Source: Gaiellaceae bacterium (GTDB lineage Bacteria > Actinomycetota > Thermoleophilia > Gaiellales > Gaiellaceae). From it: 64,000 nt of DNA. The stretch covers positions 3,019 through 67,018 of the forward strand of contig DASRGQ010000058.1 in assembly GCA_035650975.1 (NCBI GenBank), written 5' to 3'. Of this stretch, positions 1 to 9,062 are shown piece by piece; position 1 is the stretch's first letter; every line of letters begins with the position of its first letter. The notes beneath the pieces were generated by a model. That model saw only the letters and a list, made by a program, of their open reading frames with translations. It did not search any database and was not told the origin of the DNA. The translations under genes and the position numbers were made by a program.

Positions 1-1072
1 GTGCAGGCTCCAGCATGCGCGCGGTGTCGACGGCCTCGGCGACGACATCGTGCAACGCAACCCGCCGCCGTTCGAGCGGCCGGCCTTCGTCGAGCCTTGC
101 GAGTAGGAGCAGGTCCTCGACGAGGAGGCTCATCCGCTTCGACTCGCGCGAGATGCCGGCCATCGAGCGCTCGAGGTCCTCCGGCCGCTCTGCGGCGCCG
201 CGCGTGAACAGCTCCGCGTACGCGCGCACGGCGGTGAGCGGCGTGCGGAGCTCGTGGGAAGCATCGGCGACGAAGCGGCGCAGCTTGTGCTCGGAGGCCT
301 CACGTGCCTTGAATGCGGTCTCGATCTGCGCGAGCATCGCGTTGAGCGCAAGCCCAAGGCGACCGACCTCCGTGCGCTCGTCTGCGCGCGCAACGCGGTG
401 CGACAGATCACCCGCCGCGATCGTCGCCGCGGTCGCACCGATCTCCGTCAGCGGGCGCAGGCCGACCCTGATCACCCAGAGACCCAGCAGTGCGATCCCG
501 CCGAGCACCGCGAGCGTTACGAGCAGCTCGACGAGGACGAGGCGATGGAGCGTGTCGTCGACGCTCGAGAGCGACGTCGCGACGATCAGGATCAGGTTTC
601 CGCTTCCCGGGTCGGCAGACGCGCGCACGCGGTACCGCCCACCGCCCGTCGCGGCCGCCACCGTGAAGTAGCTGACGCGGTCGTCGCCGACCCGTGCACG
701 CAGCGCGATGTGCTTCGGGAGCCTCGGCGGCGGAGCCGCCTTCGAGCCCGAGAACTGCGGGGCTCCCCCGCCCCCGACGATGGTTCCGTCAGCGCGCCGC
801 AACTGCACGAAGAGACCGGGTACGGCGCTTTTCAAGCGGTCGATTTCGGGCGCGCCGTCGGACGGGGGCCCGCCGTCGCCGGGAGCGCCGTGTTGTGGCT
901 CGCGCAGCGCTCCTTCAGCGGCGATGTGCGCAGCGTCGAGGGAGTCATCCGTGCGCGCGACGAGAAAGCTGCGCAGCGAGGTGTACGTGAGGACGTCGGC
1001 CACGGCGAGGCCCGCGACCGCGAGTGCGATCACGCCGAGGATGAGCCGCGCGCGGAGCGAGAGCTGCCTGAT
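1..1072 (-). CDS. sensor histidine kinase; 3' end cut by window edge
   Basis: The minus-strand frame directly after the response-regulator stop reads IRQLSLRARLILGVIALAVAGLAV (TM), then FVADASHELRTPLTAVRAYAELF (H-box, about nt 180-270). It is absent from the ORF track because it runs off the window. There is no canonical start right after the RR stop, so the start is uncertain. Confidence 0.8.
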   Translation of the reverse strand, partial: MRQLSLRARLILGVIALAVAGLAVADVLTYTSLRSFLVARTDDSLDAAHIAAEGALREPQHGAPGDGGPPSDGAPEIDRLKSAVPGLFVQLRRADGTIVGGGGAPQFSGSKAAPPPRLPKHIALRARVGDDRVSYFTVAAATGGGRYRVRASADPGSGNLILIVATSLSSVDDTLHRLVLVELLVTLAVLGGIALLGLWVIRVGLRPLTEIGATAATIAAGDLSHRVARADERTEVGRLGLALNAMLAQIETAFKAREASEHKLRRFVADASHELRTPLTAVRAYAELFTRGAAERPEDLERSMAGISRESKRMSLLVEDLLLLARLDEGRPLERRRVALHDVVAEAVDTARMLEPA

Positions 1073-1075
1073 CGG

Positions 1076-1780
1076 CTACTCCCGTTCTGCTTCCAGCATG
1101 TACCCCGCCTGGCGGATCGTGCGGATGAGAGGCGGCCCCGCGGCGTCGAGCTTGCGGCGGAGATAGCTGACGTAGGTCTCGACGACGTTGCGGCTGCCGC
1201 CGAAGTCGTAGTGCCAGACGTTCTGCAGGATCTGCGCCTTCGACAGCACGCGCCGCGGATTGAGCATGAAGTAGCGGAGCAGGTTGAACTCCGTGGCCGT
1301 CAGCTCGATCGCGGTGCCGCCGCGGAAGACCTCATGGCGTGTCTCGTCGAGGACGATGTCGGCGAAACGGAGCACATCGCCCGGTAGGTCGCCGTTGGTG
1401 CGGCGAAGGACCGCCTCGATACGAGCGACGATCTCGGCGAGCGAGAACGGCTTGGTGACGTAGTCGTCGCCGCCTGCGCGCAGCGCCTCGACCTTGTCCT
1501 CGACGGCGTCCTTCGCGGTCAGGAACAGGATCGCCGTCGCGAAGCCGCGTTCGCGAAGCCGCCTGCCGACCTCGATGCCGGGAATGTCCGGGAGCATCCA
1601 GTCGAGGACGACGAGATCCGGCTCCTCGCGCGCGACGGCCGCGATCGCGTCGCGGCCGTTGCCTGCCTCCTCAACCTCGTACCCCTCGTAGCGAAGCGCG
1701 GTCGCAACGGCGTCGACGATCGACGGCTCATCGTCGACGACGAGGATGCGCGCTTCGTGGGTCGGTCGAGTGTGTGTCAT
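1076..1780 (-). CDS. OmpR/PhoB-family response regulator
   Basis: Receiver domain (ILVVDDEP...DLVVLDWMLPD...LTAKD) plus winged-helix output (TEFNLLRYF...VETYVSYLRRKL). Start trimmed to MTHTRPTHEARILVV. Confidence 0.9.
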   Translation of the reverse strand: MTHTRPTHEARILVVDDEPSIVDAVATALRYEGYEVEEAGNGRDAIAAVAREEPDLVVLDWMLPDIPGIEVGRRLRERGFATAILFLTAKDAVEDKVEALRAGGDDYVTKPFSLAEIVARIEAVLRRTNGDLPGDVLRFADIVLDETRHEVFRGGTAIELTATEFNLLRYFMLNPRRVLSKAQILQNVWHYDFGGSRNVVETYVSYLRRKLDAAGPPLIRTIRQAGYMLEAERE

Positions 1781-1859
1781 GCCGCCACCGTGCCTCCGGT
1801 CGCTGTGATTCTCCTGAGGGCGGCGGCGGGAATGCTGTGAAACGTCTGTGAGAGTGGCT

Positions 1860-2618
1860 CTACGTTCCCTTCGTGAGCGCACCGAGGATCCCCGCGGCGC
1901 CGGCGATCGCGCCGCCCTCGGTCGCGGTCTCGGTGACGATGTAGGGCTGGAGCGCGTGGGCCAGCGCCGGGAGCGTGATCGACTGCAGCCAGACCTTCCC
2001 CGGCCCGCGGAGCTGGGCGAGGAACAGCCCGTCGCCTCCGAAGAGCTTGTTGCGGATGCCCGGCACCGTCGTCAGCTCGAGTGGGACGTTCGACTCGAAC
2101 ATCGCGACATGACCCGGATGAACGCGCAGGACGTCGCCCGGCGCAAGCTCGGACTCGACGACGTCTCCGTGCATCTCGACGAACGCCTTCCCGCGCCCGG
2201 AGAGCCGCTGCAGGATGAAGCCTGCGCCGCCGAAGATCCCCGCGCCGAGCTTCTGCTGCATGTGCACGTTCAGCTCGACGCCGGGCTCGCAGCAGATGAA
2301 CCCGTGCCGGTGGACGACGTACTCGCGGCCGTCCCCGATCTCGACCTCGCGAATTTCTCCGGGAGCCTTCGCGGCGAACGTGACCGCGCCGGTTCCCTGC
2401 GGCACGGTGTAGCTCGTCATGAAGAAGGTGCCGCCCGAGAGCGCACGCTTCGCGGCGCCCATGAACCCGCCCTTGCTCTGCCCGATGTTCTTGCCGGTCT
2501 TCAGCTCGACGGGGCCCTGCATCCACGCAAGCTCGCCCGATTCTGCGACGACCTCGTCTCCGGGTGCGAGCTGCACCTCGAGGATCGGCGTCGTTTCACC
2601 CTTGATCTCGTATCTCAT
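1860..2618 (-). CDS. AIM24/TIGR00266-family protein (DUF124)
   Basis: MRYEIKGETTPILEVQLAPGDEVVAESGELAWM... and the GAGIFGGAGFILQRLSG pattern are typical of the AIM24 family. Start trimmed to MRYEI. Confidence 0.8.
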   Translation of the reverse strand: MRYEIKGETTPILEVQLAPGDEVVAESGELAWMQGPVELKTGKNIGQSKGGFMGAAKRALSGGTFFMTSYTVPQGTGAVTFAAKAPGEIREVEIGDGREYVVHRHGFICCEPGVELNVHMQQKLGAGIFGGAGFILQRLSGRGKAFVEMHGDVVESELAPGDVLRVHPGHVAMFESNVPLELTTVPGIRNKLFGGDGLFLAQLRGPGKVWLQSITLPALAHALQPYIVTETATEGGAIAGAAGILGALTKGT

Positions 2619-2746
2619 GCTCCGAGTGTCCATCGGGGGCACACGCGCGTCAACCGCGTTGCCTTCCGAGCGAACCGATCGTGCGCCCTGGGCGAATGGC
2701 TCCCGACGTTCAAGTCAACGGGTCGTTCAAGGAGGGAGCACGAGAG

Positions 2747-3565
2747 ATGGAAGAGCTCGAAATGGTCGCAGCGGAAGCGCGTCGCACGAGCCGCGCGTCG
2801 TTCCTGCGGACAGGCGCCGTGGCAGGCGCCGGTATGGCCGCAGCATCGCTGCTGCCCGGCAGCGCGCTCGCAGCGCTGAAGGGCGAAACGGCGTCGCTCA
2901 CCGCAGGTGACGTGTCGATCCTCTCGGCGGCGGCGATCGCCGAGGCGCTCGCCGTCACCACGTACTCGAACATCATCGACACGGCGCCGTTCTTCAAGAA
3001 CCTCGAGAACGACGACAAGGGCTACCTGGTCGCAGCGCGCGAAGAGGAGATGTCGCACTATCTGCTCGAGGCCGGTGCGACGAAGAAGCAGTCGCCGTAC
3101 ACGGTGTTCTACTACCCGAAGGGCATGTTCCAGGACGCGAAGACGACGCTGAACACGCTCGTCACGCTCGAGGACGCCTTCATCGCCGCCTACCTCGTCG
3201 GCGTGCGCAACTTCAGCACGGCCGACCTGCGCGTCACCGCCGCGCGGATCATGGGCATCGAGAGCGACCACCGTACGCTCGCCCGCGTCGTCGGCCCCGG
3301 CGTCGCGAAGAGCGACGGCGGACCGGTCGAGGCGATCACGGGCGTCCTCGGCAAAGCCGAGAGCGTCGATCCGCCGAACAACAACGGCTACGAGCGCACG
3401 CTGAAGTGGACGAGCATCAATCAGGCCGTGACTGCGCTGACGCCGTTCATCGACAAGACGGCGGCCGGGAAAGCCGGCTTCGACACGAGCAAGGCGTACA
3501 CGTTCCACCCGTTTACGCCGAAGCTCCCGAACGCGCTCGGCGCGTTCCACTCGTTCGCGGGCTGA
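2747..3565 (+). CDS. ferritin-like domain protein with Tat-type signal
   Basis: N-terminus ARRTSRASFLRTGAVAGAGMAAASLLPGSALA (twin-arginine signal). The body is ferritin-like (AEALAVTTYSNII, EEEMSHYLLE, EDAFIAAYL, GIESDHR). Start trimmed to MEELEMV. Confidence 0.75.
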   Translation: MEELEMVAAEARRTSRASFLRTGAVAGAGMAAASLLPGSALAALKGETASLTAGDVSILSAAAIAEALAVTTYSNIIDTAPFFKNLENDDKGYLVAAREEEMSHYLLEAGATKKQSPYTVFYYPKGMFQDAKTTLNTLVTLEDAFIAAYLVGVRNFSTADLRVTAARIMGIESDHRTLARVVGPGVAKSDGGPVEAITGVLGKAESVDPPNNNGYERTLKWTSINQAVTALTPFIDKTAAGKAGFDTSKAYTFHPFTPKLPNALGAFHSFAG

Positions 3566-3580
3566 GGATGACGCGAGGTT

Positions 3581-3611
3581 GCGTGGGCCGCCGGACGCGG
3601 CGCGCCCACGC
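3581..3611. terminator. GC-rich hairpin between convergent genes
   Basis: GCGTGGGCCGCCG-GACG-CGGCGcGCCCACGC stem-loop between the ferritin-like stop (3565) and the CBS stop (3611). There is no U-tract, so function is uncertain. Confidence 0.35.
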
Positions 3612-3988
3612 TACCCGCTCTTGCAGAAGCCGGTGCGCTTCGAGTTCAGGCAGACGAGACCGAGCAGCTCGTCGTCGTCACCGAGCACGATCACGCGGCG
3701 ATGGTCTGTGGCGTTGGCGCGCGCGAATGCGGTCTCACCAGGCTCGTCGGGGCCGATCGTCTCGGCCTCGTGCGCGTAGGAGAGCGCCGGCTCCTCGTCG
3801 CCGGCCTCATCCGGAAGCTCGGTCAGCGCGCCGCGGAACGTCCGGCCGTCCGCAAGCAAGACCATCTGGACGTGGGGGTCCGCGAGCACGGCGCGGGCGT
3901 CCCCCACGCTCGCGTTCCCGGCGAGCGTCTTCGGGGAGCGGAGCATCAGGTCTCCCGCGGTCAGCCCGGCGACGTCCGGCACGGTCAT
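3611..3988 (-). CDS. CBS-domain protein
   Basis: 125 aa with a CBS-pair-like pattern (TAGDLMLRSPKTL ... HRRVIVLGDDDELLGLVCLN). Confidence 0.75.
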   Translation of the reverse strand: MTVPDVAGLTAGDLMLRSPKTLAGNASVGDARAVLADPHVQMVLLADGRTFRGALTELPDEAGDEEPALSYAHEAETIGPDEPGETAFARANATDHRRVIVLGDDDELLGLVCLNSKRTGFCKSG

Positions 3989-4098
3989 GCCGGGAGTCTA
4001 CTGTGCAGCGAAGCAGTGGCTTTGCCTAGGCATTGCTCGGCAACCCACCTAACCGTCGGGTGTATGGTTCAGCGATCGGAGTGGCTGGAGCAACCGCA

Positions 4099-4698
4099 AT
4101 GCACCTGCGAACCGGGTTCGACCGGGCGGAGCTCGTCCGCCGAGCCTGTGTCGCCGTCGCCGCGGGCGCGGGCGTCGCCGCGCTCGCGCGGCCGGCCGCT
4201 GCCGCGACCCTCCCCGACGAGGACCTGGCCTACCTGAGGCTGCTGATCGGGTCGGAGCTCCTCGAGGTGGACTTCACTTCGCAGGCGCTCGCCTCCGGCA
4301 AGCTCGACACTGCCTCGAGTGCCGTGGTCAAGCAGATGGCCGCCGACGAGAAGGCGCACGACAACTCGCTCGCTCAGCTCCTCGCCGGCAGCGGCCAGAC
4401 GCCGGCCACCTCCGAGGACATCGACTTCGGCTATCCGAAGGGATCGTTCGCGACGAAGCACGCGATCCTCTCTCTCGCGCATTCGATCGAGACGGTTGTC
4501 CTCGGCGCGTACCTCGGCGCGATCGAAAACGTGCAGACCCCTGCGCTCCGGCTCCCGATCGGCCAGATCGCAGCCACCGAGGCGCAGCACGTCGGCGCGC
4601 TGGCGGCGCTTGGCGGCAAGCCGGTGATCGGCCGCGCGTTCGCAGCGTCGTTGCAGATCGACACCGTTTCCTCGTTCCTCGACACCTTCGAAAGTTGA
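4099..4698 (+). CDS. ferritin-like domain protein, probably exported
   Basis: Signal-like N-terminus (LVRRACVAVAAGAGVAALARPAAAA), then ferritin-like helices (YLRLLIGSELLEVDF, ADEKAHDNSL, ETVVLGAYLGAI, ATEAQHVGAL). Distant paralog of 2747-3565. Confidence 0.7.
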   Translation: MHLRTGFDRAELVRRACVAVAAGAGVAALARPAAAATLPDEDLAYLRLLIGSELLEVDFTSQALASGKLDTASSAVVKQMAADEKAHDNSLAQLLAGSGQTPATSEDIDFGYPKGSFATKHAILSLAHSIETVVLGAYLGAIENVQTPALRLPIGQIAATEAQHVGALAALGGKPVIGRAFAASLQIDTVSSFLDTFES

Positions 4699-4706
4699 GA
4701 CCCTGA

Positions 4707-5084
4707 ATGCCGAAGCAGCTCTACACCGCAAGCGAAGCGGCCGCCGCACTCGGCATCAGCCTCGACACGCTTCGCCGTTGGGACAAGGCCGGGCGTGTAC
4801 ACGTTCAGCGCGACGCGCGCAACCGCCGCGTCGTCAGCGCCGAGGAGCTCGACCGCCTGCGCGGAGACGGCGAGGGCGCGCACATCAGCGCCCGCAACCG
4901 GTTCAGGGCGGTCGTCACCGACGTTAAGGTCGACGGGCTGATGGCGCAGGTCGAGATGGTCGTGTCGGACCCGATGCGCCTCACCGCGATCGTCACGCGC
5001 GATGCGGTCGAAGAGCTCGACTTGAAGAACGGAATGGCGATCACCGCGATCGTCAAGTCGACCAACGTGATGGTGCAGAGTTGA
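4707..5084 (+). CDS. MerR/excisionase-type HTH fused to molybdate-binding TOBE/Mop domain (mod operon regulator)
   Basis: N-terminus YTASEAAAALGISLDTLRRWDKAGRV (HTH). C-terminus ISARNRFRAVVTDVKVDGLMAQVEMVV...ITAIVKSTNVMV (Mop/TOBE). Sits directly upstream of modABC and overlaps it. Confidence 0.8.
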   Translation: MPKQLYTASEAAAALGISLDTLRRWDKAGRVHVQRDARNRRVVSAEELDRLRGDGEGAHISARNRFRAVVTDVKVDGLMAQVEMVVSDPMRLTAIVTRDAVEELDLKNGMAITAIVKSTNVMVQS

Positions 5085-5842
5085 CGAAGATCCTCGCGGG
5101 GCTCGGAGCACTGCTCGTCCTGGCGCTTGCCGCCGGGTGGAGCCACCGAGCGTCGGCGGCCTCGCGCGCGCAGATCACCGTGTACGCGGCGGCGTCGCTC
5201 ACCGACGTCTTCCCGGCGATCGACAAGAGCGAGAAGTATTCCTTTGGCGGCTCGAACACGCTCGCAGCGCAGATCACGCAGGGCGCACCGGCCGACGTGT
5301 TCGCCTCGGCGAACATGACGCTGCCGAATCAGCTGTACGCGAAGGGTCTCTGCTCGAAGCCTGTCGTGTTCACGCGCAACACCCTGGTCATCGTGGTGCC
5401 GAAGAGTAATCCCGCGGGCATCCGCGGCGTCTACGACCTGACGAAGCCGGGCGTGAAGCTCGACATCGCGGCAGCCGGCGTTCCGGTCGGCAGCTACACG
5501 CTCCAGGTGTTGAAGAACATGAATCTCACCTCGGCGGTGCTGAAGAACGTGGTCAGCCAGGAGACCGACGTGCGCGAAGTGCTCGCCAAGGTGGCACTCG
5601 GCGTCGCGGATGCGGGCTTCGTCTACTCGACGGACGCGAAGACGGTGCCCGGCAAGGTGAAGGTGCTGAAGGTGCCGGCCTGGGCACAGCCGAAGGTGCA
5701 GTACGGCGTCTGCGTCGTCACGAAGAGCGGTGACAAGGCCGACGCGCAGAAGTTCGTCAACCTCGTGTTGGGCAAGGCCGGCCAGGCGAAGCTGCTCTCG
5801 TACGGCTTCCTGCCGCGCGTCAAGCCGGCCGGGCAGAAGTGA
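5081..5842 (+). CDS. modA: molybdate ABC transporter substrate-binding protein
   Basis: Signal peptide plus ITVYAAASLTDVF...ADVFASAN...LVIVVPK...ADAGFVYSTDA pattern. The TTG start overlaps the regulator stop (TTGA). Confidence 0.9.
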   Translation: MTKILAGLGALLVLALAAGWSHRASAASRAQITVYAAASLTDVFPAIDKSEKYSFGGSNTLAAQITQGAPADVFASANMTLPNQLYAKGLCSKPVVFTRNTLVIVVPKSNPAGIRGVYDLTKPGVKLDIAAAGVPVGSYTLQVLKNMNLTSAVLKNVVSQETDVREVLAKVALGVADAGFVYSTDAKTVPGKVKVLKVPAWAQPKVQYGVCVVTKSGDKADAQKFVNLVLGKAGQAKLLSYGFLPRVKPAGQK

Positions 5843-6669
5843 AGCGGGCGCTCCTCACGGCGTTTTACGTCGCACTCGCGGCGCTCGCTCTCGCTTTTCT
5901 GATCCTTCCCGTCGTCGCGATCTACGCGCACACGTCGCCCGGGAAGCTCGTCGACCAGCTCTCCAACCCGGTCGTCAAGGACGCGTTCGTCGTGAGCGTG
6001 AGGACGAGCGTGCTCGCGCAGTTGCTCATCCTGCTGGTCGGCACGCCGACCGCGTATCTGCTCGCGACGACGCGCTTCCCGGGGCACGCGCTCGCCGTCA
6101 CGTTCGTGGAGCTGCCGCTCGTCCTGCCGCCAGCCGTGGCCGGCATCGGACTACTCGCGGCGTTCGGAAGCACCGGCCTCCTTGGACCGACGCTGCACTT
6201 CCTCGGTGTGACACTCCCATTCACACAGAGCGCGGTGACGGTTGCCGTCGCGTACGTCGCGAGCCCTCTCTACGTCCGGCAGGCGATCGCGGCCTTCGAG
6301 GCGACGGACCCTAATCTCGCAGCGGCATCGCGCACCCTCGGAGCCGGCGCGGCGCGCACGTTCTTTCGCGTTGTCCTGCCGCTCGCCCGCGGCGGGCTCA
6401 TTGCCGGGCTTGCGCTCTCGTTCGCCCGCGGCCTCGGCGAGTTCGGAGCGACGATCATGTTCGCGGGCAGCCTGCAACACGTCACCCAAACGCTGCCGCT
6501 CGCGATCTATGCGGAATTCGCCCAGTCGTTCGACGCGACGCTCGCGATGAGCGGTGTACTCGTCCTGATCAGCGTCGTCCTGCTCCTGACCCTCAGAATC
6601 GGCCTGACATGGCAGCGCTCGTCCTCGATGAGATCTCCGTCCCTCTTCGGTCTTTCGCTCTCGAGCTGA
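5839..6669 (+). CDS. modB: molybdate ABC transporter permease
   Basis: Multi-TM protein with an EAA-like loop (AAASRTLGAGAARTFFRVVLPLARGGL). The GTG start overlaps the modA stop (GTGA). Confidence 0.9.
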   Translation: MKRALLTAFYVALAALALAFLILPVVAIYAHTSPGKLVDQLSNPVVKDAFVVSVRTSVLAQLLILLVGTPTAYLLATTRFPGHALAVTFVELPLVLPPAVAGIGLLAAFGSTGLLGPTLHFLGVTLPFTQSAVTVAVAYVASPLYVRQAIAAFEATDPNLAAASRTLGAGAARTFFRVVLPLARGGLIAGLALSFARGLGEFGATIMFAGSLQHVTQTLPLAIYAEFAQSFDATLAMSGVLVLISVVLLLTLRIGLTWQRSSSMRSPSLFGLSLSS

Positions 6670-7640
6670 GCCTCGAGGTCGGCTCGACGGTCGCGCTCGT
6701 CGGGCCGTCGGGTGCCGGCAAGACGACTCTCTTGCGCGCCGTCGCAGGGCTCATCCGGCCGCGTGGGGGCCGGATCGCGAGCGGCGTGGAGACGTGGTTC
6801 GACGCCGCGCGTGGCGTCTCGCTCCCACCGGACGAGCGCAAGGTCGGCTACGTCTTCCAGGACTACGCGCTGTTCCCACACATGACGGTGCGCCAGAACG
6901 TCGAGTATCCGCGCCGGCACCGAGCCGACGAGTACCTCGAGCGCTTCCGCATCGCGCACCTCGCCGACACGCGGCCGGGCACGCTCTCGGGAGGCGAGCG
7001 CCAGCGCATCGCGCTCGCACGTGCACTCGCGCGCGACCCGGACGTCTTGCTGCTCGACGAACCGTTGTCGGCGCTCGACCCACATACCAAGGCCGAGGTG
7101 CGCGGCGAGTTGCAGCAGCTCCTCGCAGGGCTCGGCCTGCCGGTGCTACTCGTCACGCACGACTTCGAGGACGCCGCCGCCCTCGCGGACAAGGTCGGGG
7201 TGATCGTCGAGGGAACGCTGCGACAAGTCGCGTCACCTCGCGAGCTCGTTGCACGCCCGGCCGATCCGTTCGTCGCGTCCTTCACGGGCGCGAACCTGCT
7301 GCACGGGATCGCCGAGACCGCAGGGGGCACGACGCGCGTCCGCCTGGCCGACGGCACTGTGATCGCGTCCGTGGAGCCGGCGCGCGGCGACGTCGTCGTC
7401 GCGGTCTATCCGTGGGACGTGACCGTCTCGACCGAGCGACCGCACGACTCGGCGATGAACGTCATCGCAGCGCCGATCGCGAGCATCACCGAGCTCGGCA
7501 GCAGAGTGCGCGTCTCGATCGGCTCCGTCAGCGCGGAGATCACCGCCGAGTCCTTGCATCGCCTCGGCCTCGCGGTCGGGATGCTCGCGTACGGCAGCTT
7601 CAAGGCGACGGGAACGCGGATCGTCGCGAACGCTTCGTGA
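6609..7640 (+). CDS. modC: molybdate ABC transporter ATP-binding protein with C-terminal TOBE domain
   Basis: Walker A GPSGAGKTT, signature LSGGERQRIALARAL, Walker B LLLDEP, and a C-terminal TOBE-like domain. Overlaps modB by 61 nt. Confidence 0.9.
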   Translation: MAALVLDEISVPLRSFALELSLEVGSTVALVGPSGAGKTTLLRAVAGLIRPRGGRIASGVETWFDAARGVSLPPDERKVGYVFQDYALFPHMTVRQNVEYPRRHRADEYLERFRIAHLADTRPGTLSGGERQRIALARALARDPDVLLLDEPLSALDPHTKAEVRGELQQLLAGLGLPVLLVTHDFEDAAALADKVGVIVEGTLRQVASPRELVARPADPFVASFTGANLLHGIAETAGGTTRVRLADGTVIASVEPARGDVVVAVYPWDVTVSTERPHDSAMNVIAAPIASITELGSRVRVSIGSVSAEITAESLHRLGLAVGMLAYGSFKATGTRIVANAS

Positions 7641-8007
7641 GTCGCAGCTACCTGTGCGGCCTGCTGGGAACCGGTCGACTTCGACGAGGCCGGCCGTCTT
7701 CAGCCCGACGCGCCACGCTGTAGCCGGCCACATGCTTGCCGAGGTAGCTCTCCAGGTGTGTTACCCGGAGCGTGCCGCCGGTATCTCGTTTGAGTGGTTG
7801 GTGAGCGATCATGACTCGTGGTTTTTGCCCGCTGAGGTTGTCTCTCATGCTCCCTCATGCGAGGGAAGGGCGTCTCGCGCGCCGAATCCATTCAAGGCTC
7901 ATGCATCCGCTGCCGATATCACTCTCCGGCAGGCAAACCCGGACGTGATCCGGGACATAGCGCGACTCTCGTAGGGGTCCGCGTTGACGGTATGTCACGT
8001 GCGAGAG

Positions 8008-8033
8008 AGCCGGCTAGGGGGCCGGCTTTTTCG
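8008..8033 (+). terminator. intrinsic terminator-like hairpin with T5 tail
   Basis: AGCCGGC-TAGGGG-GCCGGCT followed by TTTTT on the plus strand. No annotated plus-strand gene precedes it. Confidence 0.5.
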
Positions 8034-8193
8034 CGGCGTTTATCTCCAGCCGAGGCCGCTGAAGAGAACGAACATCGCCAGCAGCGCGGCGCAGCGCGTG
8101 AGCTCCCCCGGTGTCACCAGACGAATGTAGACGCGCCGGAGGTCTCGCACTACCAACCATCGGCTGGGACAGGTCCCTCGATCAACCGAAAAG

Positions 8194-8268
8194 TCGGGGC
8201 GCCGAGATTTGAACTCGGGACCTCTAGTCCCCCAGACTAGCGCGCTAACCAGGCTGCGCCACGCCCCG
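8194..8268 (-). tRNA. tRNA-Pro (anticodon GGG)
   Basis: The minus strand reads CGGGGCG-TG-GCGC-AGCCTGGTTA-GCGC-G-CTAGT-CTGGGGG-ACTAG-AGGTC-CCGAG-TTCAAAT-CTCGG-CGCCCCG-A. This is a full cloverleaf, 75 nt, with no encoded CCA. Confidence 0.9.
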
Positions 8269-8430
8269 CGACGACAAGCACGGTATCAAGCAGGTTCTCA
8301 CCACGCCGGGCGCCGTCCTCCCACCCTCGCCATGATCACTTTTTGCCACTTCTTGTCTGCCGAGGCAACACCTCGGGAAAAAGGATTCGTTGCAGCGGGG
8401 CCTCGCGCGCGGGGCGCCCCGCTCCTCGGG

Positions 8431-8955
8431 TTAGCCGAGCGAGAAGATGACTGCGTACTGCTGTGTCGCGGTCACGTGGGCGACGCGGTCTGTCACGGCC
8501 ACCGTGAGCCGTGCGGGTATCGCGAACAAGACCATTCCGCCGCCACGGAGTGCGTCGTTGACAGTGACGCTGCCCTGTCTAGCCGCGGCCCCGGTCTTTA
8601 ACACAAGCGGTGCCTGCCGATTTCGCTCATATCTAATGGTGAGCTTGACCAGCACGGCACGACCGGCGCGCGCGTTCCGAAGCGAAACCGCGAAGCCGAA
8701 AGGATGAGTCACCGGCACGGTGTTCAGGCGTCCAGAGACGAGCGGCTTTCCATGTGTTAATGGCTGCACGGAGCGAACCGACAGTGCCGCGTCACGTCGT
8801 GCCGTAGCGGCCGGGATGAGCGCGAGTGCGAGCAGCGAGAACGCGACTGCAGTGAGAGTCGCCTGAGAAGAACGGCTGAGCGCGAACGGAAACGGTTGAA
8901 TCGGAGAACCTCCTTGGATGACCGTCGCGACTCGTCCTAGCCCACTCGAAGGCAT
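8431..8955 (-). CDS. hypothetical secreted or membrane-anchored protein
   Basis: 174-aa ORF with a hydrophobic segment (TLTAVAFSLLALALIPAATA) and a beta-rich body, in a lower-GC patch. No family recognised. Confidence 0.5.
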   Translation of the reverse strand: MPSSGLGRVATVIQGGSPIQPFPFALSRSSQATLTAVAFSLLALALIPAATARRDAALSVRSVQPLTHGKPLVSGRLNTVPVTHPFGFAVSLRNARAGRAVLVKLTIRYERNRQAPLVLKTGAAARQGSVTVNDALRGGGMVLFAIPARLTVAVTDRVAHVTATQQYAVIFSLG

Positions 8956-9062
8956 GCCCTACTGTTACCGCGGGCTCGCGCGTCATTCCGGAACACTCAC
9001 GCATGGCAGCGGCGTCCGCAACAAGCCCCCGGACTGCCCCAGCTACATCCCTCGAATGGCGA

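Noticed and set aside
4699-5081. Molybdenum-cofactor riboswitch upstream of modA
   Set aside because: There is no non-coding space. The interval is filled by a protein regulator (HTH plus Mop domain) that overlaps modA.
7648-7848. 66-aa minus ORF as an excisionase/integrase remnant
   Set aside because: Only a short GGTLRVTHLESYLGK stretch is suggestive. There is no HTH core, no integrase nearby and no att repeat. It is kept only as a remark inside the tRNA-flank finding.
7850-8007. Known structured RNA (SRP RNA, 6S, tmRNA, riboswitch) upstream of the 8008-8033 terminator
   Set aside because: I could not match any conserved core motif by eye, for example the SRP GGAA/AGCA domain IV. It is left as an unassigned sRNA candidate, pending an Infernal scan.
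7857-8240. 127-aa plus ORF (and 8209-8601) running through the tRNA-Pro gene
   Set aside because: It overlaps a canonical tRNA on the opposite strand and has a non-protein-like composition.
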